24,000 bases of DNA from an uncultured Actinomycetes bacterium (GTDB taxonomy: Bacteria > Actinomycetota > CADDZG01 > WHSQ01), in the NCBI GenBank assembly GCA_963786155.1, contig CAWAXW010000006.1, positions 1,693,951 to 1,717,950 of the forward strand, read 5' to 3'. The position numbers and the translations under genes were made by a program. Shown here piece after piece: positions 16,097 through 23,382 of this stretch (its first letter is position 1; every line of letters starts with the position of its first letter). The notes beneath the pieces are model-generated. The model did not search any database, was not told where the DNA came from, and worked only from the letters and a program-made list of their open reading frames with translations.

Positions 16097-18715
16097 TCAC
16101 ATGTTGTTGCGCTTCATCGTCGTCTTCTTCTTCTCACATGACTTCAGATCGTTCTTGCCCTCGGCTAAGTAGCAGGTGTCTGTGCCGGGTCCCCCGTCGT
16201 AGCCGTTCTTGCCTTCGTTGCCCTCCAGACCGTCCTTACCGGGTCCACCCTTGAGCTTGTCGTTGCCTTCGTCGCCGCGCACCGCGTCGTCGCCGGCCGA
16301 GCCTTCGAGGCTGTCGTTGCCGAAGTCGCCGTCGACGTAGTCGTTGCCCGCGCCTCCGAAAGCCTTGTCGGGTCCGCTCCGACCAAGCACGGTGTCCTTG
16401 CCGTCCCCACCGTCGAGGGTGTCATTGGACGCGGTCTGCGTCTGTTGGGTCAATACCGGCCGGACGCTCGCCCCGGAGGGATCGCCCACCACGAGGTCGT
16501 TGCCGCCTTGGCCCGATACGTTGTCGGCCCCCTCGCCGCCCTGGAGAGAGTCGTCGCCGGCACCACCCGTGATCGTGTCGTTGCCCGCTCCCCCGTCGGC
16601 GCTGTCGTTGTCATCTCCGCAGTCGATGACGTCGTCGCCCTCGCCGCCCAGGATCACGTCGACGCCGTCGCCGCAATCGATCTGATCGTTGCCGAGCCCA
16701 CCATCGGCGTCGTCGTTGCCGGTGCCGCAGTCGATCACATCGTCGCCGTCTCCCCCATCGATGTCGTCATCGCCCTCTCCGCAGGTGACCTTGTCGTTGC
16801 CCGCGCCGGACAGAACGGTGTCGTTCCCGCCGGCGCCGCAATCGATCGTGTCGTTGCCGTCACCGGTGATGATGAGGTCGTCACCCTCCGTCCCCACAAT
16901 GACGTCGTCCCCGGTCGTCCCGCACGTAGCACCGGGGTTGCCCTGACATTCGGGCGCGGGCGGGGGACCCCACGTGACCGAGGCGGTCGCCTGCGGCTCG
17001 TCGGGCTGCTGCACGCCATCGGCGTTTCGATCTGCGAACGCAGTTACGGTGTCTTGGCCTGCGTTGGGACCCGCATAACTGAACGAGAAGTTGCCGTCGG
17101 CGCCGGTCGCGCCCTGGCCGGACGCGACGTTCGCGCCGGCCACCGACCAGACGACGATCCCGCTGGGGAAGGGATTGTTGAACTGATCGCGCACGTTCGC
17201 GGTCAGCGGATGTGTGCCACCCTGGCTAACCGATGCGCTGGTGGGAGCCAACGAGATGGAGCTAGCGATCGACGCTGGGGCGAGCATCTCCACGGCCCCC
17301 GAGTCGCACAGAACGGATCCGTTCTTGTCGACGTCCTGTGGTCGTGCCACACCCCGTTGGTCACTTCCCGGCGGAGGGCACGAAGCGGTAACGGCTTCGA
17401 GCGCCGCGCTCCCCGGCTGAAGCTCGTGGGTTTGAGTGGTTCCGCCGGTTAAGGCCAGCGGGCTCAATCTCGGGTCCTGACTCGGCTTGTCCCCCGTTCC
17501 CGTTAGCGAGCAGGAGGCGTCGTTGGCGACGTTGTAACCCTGGGATATCCACGTCGGCGCGTTACCGATCACGCAGTTCTGGGGTGTGTTGTTGGAGATA
17601 ATCGAAGCGCGCGGTCTGACCGCCATTCCCCCAACCCCGGCCACGCCACCGCCGGTGGCTGCCTGTGTGATCCCCCCGCCCTGATTGAAGGCGATCGTGG
17701 TGTGATCCAGCGTGAGAGTCGCGGTCGTGTTGCCGAAGGCATGGATCCCGGCTGCCGAGGGGGCCGAGTTACCACTGACGGTCACGTTCTGGAGGTTGGT
17801 CGCCGCCTGGACGGCGAGACCACCGCCGATCATCGTGGCGCTGTTCGAAGAGATCGTCGAGCCCGTAAGGTCCAGGGCTCCTTCTGCGTAGATGCCTCCT
17901 CCTATCCGTGCACCGTTCTGTGCAAAGGTCGAGCTCGTAATAGTTGTCTTGACGATGTTTTCGACGTGCAGCCCGCCTCCGTCGGTGCTCGCGGTGTTCG
18001 ATTGGATCGTGGAGCCGGTGATCTGCAGCGAGGGTCCCTCGCTGTAGATCCCGCCGCCGTCGCCCGCGCTCGTGTTGCTCGTGACGTTGCTGTTCGTGAG
18101 AGTAAGAGCGTCGTCGGCTTTGATCGCGCCACCCCTGTTGGTGGCAGTGTTCTGTGACAGAGCCACGTTGCTCAGCGTCGTCGCCGAATCGCTCCTGATC
18201 CCGCCGCCCTCGGTCACGTTACCGCCGTTGCGGATCGCCAGCCCCGAGATGCTGACGGCGCCCCCGGTGATATCCATGACCCGGTCTTTGGGATTGGTGT
18301 TATTCGTGACGATCGAGGCGGTGGGACCGGCGCCCGTGATGATCACTTCGGCGGTGATGTCGAGATCGCCCTGGGTGTCGCCACCTGCCCCGGGGATCGT
18401 CAGCGTGATACCCGGCGCCGGCGTGGACGGGATCACGATGGTTTGGACGCCCGCCCTGGCATTCGATTGGATAACGGCGGCTCGGAGCGTGCACTGATCG
18501 CCTGGGGACCCTGGAGCTGTGTTGGTGTCGCAGACGCTGTCGGTAGTTGTCTGATCGACCTGGTCGACGTTCAGCACGTTAACTGTGTAGGTATGGGACG
18601 GCTGCGCCTCAGCGCTCCCCAACAGGGGAGGTGGCCCCGAGACCGATAGAGCCGCCACGAGCGCGCCGCCGAGCAGCACGTTACGCAGACGCAGGTTCCA
18701 ACGTGGTCGAATCAT
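16097..18715 (-). CDS. Secreted multidomain protein: CSLREA-type motif, right-handed beta-helix repeats, choice-of-anchor-Q-like segment, Ig-like domain, Ca-binding-type G-x-G-N-D repeats, basic C-terminal tail
   Basis: 872 aa. Signal peptide ...LLGSAEA|Q. QCTLRAAV motif. About ten 22-23-aa repeats with GGGI...N-A. Then ...TGGTTQTHEL..GSAALEA...DQRGVARPQD...CDSGAVE. Ig-like segment VRDQFNNPFPSGIVVWSV. About 250 aa of nonapeptide repeats. It ends SCEKKKTTMKRNNM. Confidence 0.9.
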   Translation of the reverse strand: MIRPRWNLRLRNVLLGGALVAALSVSGPPPLLGSAEAQPSHTYTVNVLNVDQVDQTTTDSVCDTNTAPGSPGDQCTLRAAVIQSNARAGVQTIVIPSTPAPGITLTIPGAGGDTQGDLDITAEVIITGAGPTASIVTNNTNPKDRVMDITGGAVSISGLAIRNGGNVTEGGGIRSDSATTLSNVALSQNTATNRGGAIKADDALTLTNSNVTSNTSAGDGGGIYSEGPSLQITGSTIQSNTASTDGGGLHVENIVKTTITSSTFAQNGARIGGGIYAEGALDLTGSTISSNSATMIGGGLAVQAATNLQNVTVSGNSAPSAAGIHAFGNTTATLTLDHTTIAFNQGGGITQAATGGGVAGVGGMAVRPRASIISNNTPQNCVIGNAPTWISQGYNVANDASCSLTGTGDKPSQDPRLSPLALTGGTTQTHELQPGSAALEAVTASCPPPGSDQRGVARPQDVDKNGSVLCDSGAVEMLAPASIASSISLAPTSASVSQGGTHPLTANVRDQFNNPFPSGIVVWSVAGANVASGQGATGADGNFSFSYAGPNAGQDTVTAFADRNADGVQQPDEPQATASVTWGPPPAPECQGNPGATCGTTGDDVIVGTEGDDLIITGDGNDTIDCGAGGNDTVLSGAGNDKVTCGEGDDDIDGGDGDDVIDCGTGNDDADGGLGNDQIDCGDGVDVILGGEGDDVIDCGDDNDSADGGAGNDTITGGAGDDSLQGGEGADNVSGQGGNDLVVGDPSGASVRPVLTQQTQTASNDTLDGGDGKDTVLGRSGPDKAFGGAGNDYVDGDFGNDSLEGSAGDDAVRGDEGNDKLKGGPGKDGLEGNEGKNGYDGGPGTDTCYLAEGKNDLKSCEKKKTTMKRNNM
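16180..16951 (-). repeat. Intragenic tandem 27-nt (nonapeptide) beta-roll-type repeats
   Basis: Reiterated G-x-G-(N/D)-D-x-(I/V/L)-x-(G/C/T) units, read from the translation starting at ECQGNPGATCGTTGDD. Confidence 0.75.
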
Positions 18716-18804
18716 CCCGATATCACCCTGCCTGCTGGGAACTGCTTTGGCTACCCACTAGGAACGATTTTCCATGAGCCTCTCGTTTAGAGAACGGCAT
18801 TCCC

Positions 18805-21357
18805 CTACATATTGTTGCGTTTGAGACTCGTCTTCTTCTTTTCGCACGATTTGAGGGCGTTCTTGCCCGTGGCTATGTAGCACGAGTCCGTGCCCGGGCC
18901 CCCGTCGTAGCCGTTCTTGCCGAGGTTTCCCTCGAGGGCATCCTTGCCCGGCCCACCCTTGAGTTTGTCGTTGCCTTCATCCCCTCGGATCGCGTCGTTG
19001 CCGACGGACCCGTCGAGGGAGTCGTTGCCGAGGTCGCCGTCCACGTAGTCGTTGCCGGTTCCGCCGATGGCGGTGTCATCGCCCAAACGGCCCAGCACCA
19101 CGTCTTTGCCCGCACCACCGTCGAGGATGTCGTTCGAGGCGGTCTGGGTCTGCAAAGAAGCGGCCATGCGCACGCTCGCTCCCGTCGGGTCGCCAACTAG
19201 GAGATCGTTGCCTCCGTCGCCGTGAACCGTGTCGGCACCTTCGCCGCCCTGGACCGAGTCGTCGCCCTCGCCACAGAGGATCGAGTCGTTGCCCGCCCCG
19301 CCGTCGGCGCTGTCGCTGTCGTTCCCACAAGCGATCGCATCGTCGCCCTCGCCACCTTGGATCACGTCGGTGCCGTCACCACAATCGATGTCGTCGTTGC
19401 CGGCGCCGGTGTCCACGTCGTCGTTGCCGGCCCCACAGTCGACGACGTCGTCGCCCTCGCCGGTCTCGATCTTGTCGTCGCCCTCTCCGCAGTTGACGGT
19501 GTCGACCCCGGCTCCGGAGATGACGGTGTCGTTGCCTCCACCGCAATCGATCGTGTCGTTGCCGTCGCCGGTGATGATCACGTCGTCACCGTTGGTTCCG
19601 ACGATGTTGTCGTCGGCGGTGGTTCCGCACACCGCTCCCGGATTCCCCTGGCACTCGGGCGCGGGAGGCGGGCCGGGCTGCTTCCAGGCCACCTTGACCG
19701 TACCCATCGGCTCGTCTGGTTGGCGCTGCCCATCGGCGGTCTTGTCGGCGAACGCCTCGACCGTGTCCTGGCCGGGGGTCGAACCGGAATAGTTGAGGAC
19801 GTACTTCCCGTCCGGCCCGGTCATCCCGGTTCCGTTGGTGCTGTTGGCTCCGGTGACGGAGAAGACCACCTGACCGTTCGGGTAGGGGTTGTTGAACTGA
19901 TCGCGCACCACGACGGTGACCTCGTGGGGCTCACCGAGGATGTGGATCGCGTCCGGCGGGCTCAGCTCGATGGCCGAGACGACTCGCGGCGGAGGAAGAA
20001 TCTCTACCGCACCTGCGTCGCACTGAGGGGTTCCGTTGTAGTCCGCATCCTGGGCACGGGCGATCCCTCGCTGATCGGCAGCCGGGCACGGCAAGGACGA
20101 GGCCTCGACCGCGGGGCTACCGCTCGCGGGCTCGTGCGTCTGGGTCGCGCCGCCGTTGTTGGCGAGGGGACCGAGTTTGGGGTCCTGGCCGGGCTTGTCA
20201 TCTGATGCGGTAAGTGAGCACGTCACGTCGTTCGAGACGTTCGATCCCAAGGTGATCCATGTCGCAGCGTTGGAGATGGAACAGTTCTGGGGGTTGTTGT
20301 TTCCGATGACCGATGCCCCGGGGCGCACAGCCATACTCCCCGACTGAGCGATCCCGCCGCCCGAGCTCGACCCCGAGTTGAACGCGACCGTCACGTGGCG
20401 CAGGTCCAGCGTCGCGCCGGGCCCACCCGAGGCCAAGATCCCGGCCCCCGCGGGAGCGTTGTTGGAGCTGACCGTGACGTTCGTCAAGCTCGCCGGACCC
20501 TGGACCTCGAGGCCACCGCCACCGGAAGAGGCTGTGTTGGCCGAGAAGGTCGAACCCTGGATCGTGACCGAGCCCTTCGCGTACACACCGGCTCCGTTCG
20601 AAGCCGAGTTCTGCGCGAACGTGCTGTCCGTGATCGTGGTCTGAACGGATGACTCGGTGTCCAGGCCGCCACCGTTTGAAAGGGCGGTGTTGGAGATAAC
20701 CGAGGTGCTGAGAAGGTGAACCGAGGAGCTCTGGGCGTAGATCCCGGCCCCTTCCCGTGCGCTGTTGCCGGTGATCGAACCGCTCGACATCGTGACGGCA
20801 GCGTTGGCGTGGATCCCACCGCCGGTCGAAGTTGCCGCGTTCTGCTCTATGGCCACCGACGAAAGACTCGTTGGGGATCCCACGTTGATGCCGCCGCCGG
20901 CGCTCACTCCCCCACCCGCTCGCACTGTGACTCCGGTGATCGTCAAGCTCCCGGAGCGGACGTCGAGCACACGATCCTTCGGACTCGTGTTGTTCGCGAT
21001 GATCGTGGACCCCATCCCGGCTCCGCTGATCGTGACGTCGCTGTTGATATCGAGGTCGCCGGTCGCGCTGTTCTCCTCGTTCGAACCGGCGATCGTCAAG
21101 TTGTATGTGCCGGCCGGGACGCTGATCGTGTCGGCTCCCGCGACGGCATTCGCCTGCTGGATCGCCGCACGCAGTGTGCACACTGTCCCAGAGCGGACCG
21201 TGGTGCAGATGCCGTCGCCGGGGCTGAAATCGGCCCCGTCGGCGGTTGAATTGACTGTGATGGTGGCCGCTCTCGCCGGGGTCGACACCATGATGGCGCC
21301 GAACACCAGACCAACGATCACCGAAACCCGCAGTCGAGCGAGCTTTCTGCTGTTCAC
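18805..21357 (-). CDS. Secreted multidomain protein, tandem paralogue of 16097..18715
   Basis: From ORF 18805..21501 I prefer the GTG at 21357, which has GGAGG 6 nt upstream. This gives (M)NSRKLARLRVSVIVGLVFGAIMVSTPARA|A as the signal peptide. The protein is colinear with its neighbour through every domain. By eye it is about three-quarters identical over the C-terminal third. It ends SCEKKKTSLKRNNM. Confidence 0.88.
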   Translation of the reverse strand: MNSRKLARLRVSVIVGLVFGAIMVSTPARAATITVNSTADGADFSPGDGICTTVRSGTVCTLRAAIQQANAVAGADTISVPAGTYNLTIAGSNEENSATGDLDINSDVTISGAGMGSTIIANNTSPKDRVLDVRSGSLTITGVTVRAGGGVSAGGGINVGSPTSLSSVAIEQNAATSTGGGIHANAAVTMSSGSITGNSAREGAGIYAQSSSVHLLSTSVISNTALSNGGGLDTESSVQTTITDSTFAQNSASNGAGVYAKGSVTIQGSTFSANTASSGGGGLEVQGPASLTNVTVSSNNAPAGAGILASGGPGATLDLRHVTVAFNSGSSSGGGIAQSGSMAVRPGASVIGNNNPQNCSISNAATWITLGSNVSNDVTCSLTASDDKPGQDPKLGPLANNGGATQTHEPASGSPAVEASSLPCPAADQRGIARAQDADYNGTPQCDAGAVEILPPPRVVSAIELSPPDAIHILGEPHEVTVVVRDQFNNPYPNGQVVFSVTGANSTNGTGMTGPDGKYVLNYSGSTPGQDTVEAFADKTADGQRQPDEPMGTVKVAWKQPGPPPAPECQGNPGAVCGTTADDNIVGTNGDDVIITGDGNDTIDCGGGNDTVISGAGVDTVNCGEGDDKIETGEGDDVVDCGAGNDDVDTGAGNDDIDCGDGTDVIQGGEGDDAIACGNDSDSADGGAGNDSILCGEGDDSVQGGEGADTVHGDGGNDLLVGDPTGASVRMAASLQTQTASNDILDGGAGKDVVLGRLGDDTAIGGTGNDYVDGDLGNDSLDGSVGNDAIRGDEGNDKLKGGPGKDALEGNLGKNGYDGGPGTDSCYIATGKNALKSCEKKKTSLKRNNM
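18888..19656 (-). repeat. Intragenic tandem 27-nt (nonapeptide) beta-roll-type repeats
   Basis: Same repeat class as 16180..16951, read from ECQGNPGAVCGTTADD onward. Confidence 0.75.
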
Positions 21358-21565
21358 GTCCAACCTCCGGTCGTTGTGCCCACTAGCTACTTGCCTTGGC
21401 TCGGAGAATCGACCTGGGGTTCCGACGCTTTGAGCGAATGTCGCGCACCCGACGCCGCGTTCGGGTATGAAGGCACCCAAAGGGGACACCCCTTGACTCA
21501 TGCCGCGTCAGAATGGACGCTTTGGTGGTATCCCGGCGACAGCGAGGAAGGGAACCGTTCAGCTC

Positions 21566-22693
21566 ATGGATAACGTCGTACTGCCCGAGGACCTCAAGAA
21601 GGTGGAGCTCTTGAGCACACTGCCGGAGGGGGCCCTGCAGGAGCTTGCGGTTCTCTCCACGATCAGGCATTTCGCCCCCGGCGAATTCATCTTCAAGGAA
21701 GGCGACCTGGGCGAGTCCCTGCACGTCCTCCTCGAGGGCGTCGTCAAGATCATCTCCCCCGGGCCGGACGGCCAGGATGTGACGCTCGCCACCCTCACCC
21801 CCGGCCAATACTTCGGCGAGCTCGCCGTGCTCGACCCGGCCCCTCGGTCGGCGACGGTGAAGTCGATCGACGACACGACCACCGTCGAGGTAGCCAAACA
21901 GGACCTCGAGCGCGTGCTCGACAGGGATCCCGGCGCCAGCCGGCGGATGCTGGGCACCATCGCCCGCAAGCTCACCGAGGAGCGCGAGAAGCTGAAGAGG
22001 ACGAACCTCTCGCTTGACGACCAGGTGCGCGAACAGACGAGAGAGATCCGCGAGACCCAGCTCGAAGTCATCCGCCGCCTGGGCCAGGCCGCCGAGTTCC
22101 GAGATGACGACACGGGGATGCACATCTCGCGTATGAGCCAACTCGCGGCAATGCTGGGGCGAGCCACCGGTATGAGCGAGAAGCATTGCGAGCTTCTTCT
22201 CCACGCGGCCCCCATGCACGACATAGGCAAGATCGGCATCCCCGACCGCATCCTTCTGAAGCCGGGACGACTCGAGCCCGAAGAGTTCGACATCATGAAG
22301 ACGCACACCACCATCGGCGAAGCCCTGCTGAAGAACAGCGCTTCCCAGGTCATGCAGTTGGCCCAGGTCATCGCGCTGTGCCACCACGAGAAGTGGGACG
22401 GGGGCGGCTACCCGCGCGGCATCAAGGGCGAAGAGATCCCCCTCGAGGCACGGCTCTGCACGATCAGCGACGTATTTGACGCGCTCACTTCCGAGCGCCC
22501 CTACAAGAAGGCATGGACGATCGACGACGCGCTCGCCGAGATTGAGAAATGCGGCGGTACCCATTTCGATCCGGAGTTGGCAAAGACATTCGTGTCGATG
22601 AAGGTCCAGATCCTCGAGACGCTCAAGCAGTGGACGGAGACCGCGGAACAGAAGGCCACGAAAGAAGCCCACGAGCGGGCGGCGGCAAACTAA
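21566..22693 (+). CDS. Cyclic-nucleotide-binding (CAP_ED) domain fused to an HD-GYP phosphodiesterase domain
   Basis: From ORF 21500..22693 I prefer the ATG at 21566 (MDNVVLPEDLKK...); the ATG at 21500 is possible. The cNMP phosphate-binding cassette is FGELAVLDPAPRSATV. A coiled linker follows, then HD-GYP motifs HDIGKIGIP and HHEKWDGGGYP. The 455-aa antisense ORF is a shadow. Confidence 0.88.
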   Translation: MDNVVLPEDLKKVELLSTLPEGALQELAVLSTIRHFAPGEFIFKEGDLGESLHVLLEGVVKIISPGPDGQDVTLATLTPGQYFGELAVLDPAPRSATVKSIDDTTTVEVAKQDLERVLDRDPGASRRMLGTIARKLTEEREKLKRTNLSLDDQVREQTREIRETQLEVIRRLGQAAEFRDDDTGMHISRMSQLAAMLGRATGMSEKHCELLLHAAPMHDIGKIGIPDRILLKPGRLEPEEFDIMKTHTTIGEALLKNSASQVMQLAQVIALCHHEKWDGGGYPRGIKGEEIPLEARLCTISDVFDALTSERPYKKAWTIDDALAEIEKCGGTHFDPELAKTFVSMKVQILETLKQWTETAEQKATKEAHERAAAN

Positions 22694-22695
22694 CC

Positions 22696-23382
22696 GTGCC
22701 GAACGACGCGGCAGAGGCGCTGGCTGCGGCTCCGTTCTTCGCCAGCGCATCGCCTCGTGGGTTGGCGGAACTTGCCGAACGTACGAAGCTCGCGAGCTAC
22801 AGGCAGGGCGACACCATCTTCAGCCAGGGCGACCCTTCGAGATCGGTCTTTCTCATCCAGAGCGGGGTCGTCGGTATCTCCGTTCCGGGCCCGGACGGGA
22901 GCCCCGTAACCCAAGCCACCCTGCGCGCGGGATCGCTCTTCGGCGAGCTGGGCGTTCTCGCCGGCCGGGCGCGCACTGCAGGCGCAGGCGCGTTCGAGGA
23001 CTGCTCCTTATGGGAGATCGAGGGCGAAGCGTTCGTGGGCCTGTTCACCTCTCAGCCGGCGGTCGCTGTCGAGGTCGTGACGTCGCTAGCGCGCTACGTG
23101 CTCGATTCCGAGGGCGTGGCCGAGGACTTGCTCTTCCTCGATCTCAAGGGGCGTCTCGCCAAGAGGCTCTTGTTCCTGGCTGGAGTAAACGGCGACAACA
23201 CCGAGGGCCCGGTCGCAGACATCGAGATCGAGCGCAGCGAGCTGGCTGCGCTCGCCGGCGGCACAAGGGATGCGGTCGAGCGCATACTCGACGGCTTCGA
23301 GAAGGAGGGCGTCATCAAGCAAGGTGCGGACAGCTCGATAACCCTCCTCCGCTTGAACGACCTCGCCGAACTTAGTCGATAA
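22696..23382 (+). CDS. Crp/Fnr family transcriptional regulator
   Basis: Within ORF 22549..23382, the GTG at 22696 lies 2 nt after the upstream stop. cNMP cassette FGELGVLAGRARTAGA. C-terminal HTH RSELAALAGGTRDAVERILDGFEKEGVI. Confidence 0.85.
   Translation: MPNDAAEALAAAPFFASASPRGLAELAERTKLASYRQGDTIFSQGDPSRSVFLIQSGVVGISVPGPDGSPVTQATLRAGSLFGELGVLAGRARTAGAGAFEDCSLWEIEGEAFVGLFTSQPAVAVEVVTSLARYVLDSEGVAEDLLFLDLKGRLAKRLLFLAGVNGDNTEGPVADIEIERSELAALAGGTRDAVERILDGFEKEGVIKQGADSSITLLRLNDLAELSR

Noticed and set aside
16180-19656. Regularly spaced short DNA repeats that could be mistaken for a CRISPR-like or tandem-repeat array
   Set aside because: The 27/54-nt periodicity lies entirely within coding sequence and corresponds to nonapeptide repeats. 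There is no repeat-spacer structure and no cas genes.
16445-21249. Plus-strand and alternative-frame ORFs inside the two large genes (16445..17452, 19222..20205, 20198..21181, 20765..21433 and others)
   Set aside because: They are repetitive Val/Gly/Asp/Arg-rich mirror translations of the G-x-G-N-D and GGGI repeats. The minus-strand frames give coherent signal peptides and domains.
21358-21565. Search for a canonical Crp/GlxR site (TGTGA-n6-TCACA) in the divergent control region and upstream of 18715
   Set aside because: No match or near-match found by eye; only TGTGC at 21375. The regulatory link therefore remains an inference.
21383-22750. 455-aa minus-strand ORF opposite the CAP_ED-HD-GYP gene
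   Set aside because: Shadow ORF. The plus frame has unmistakable cNMP-binding and HHExxDGxGYP motifs, and the minus frame has none.
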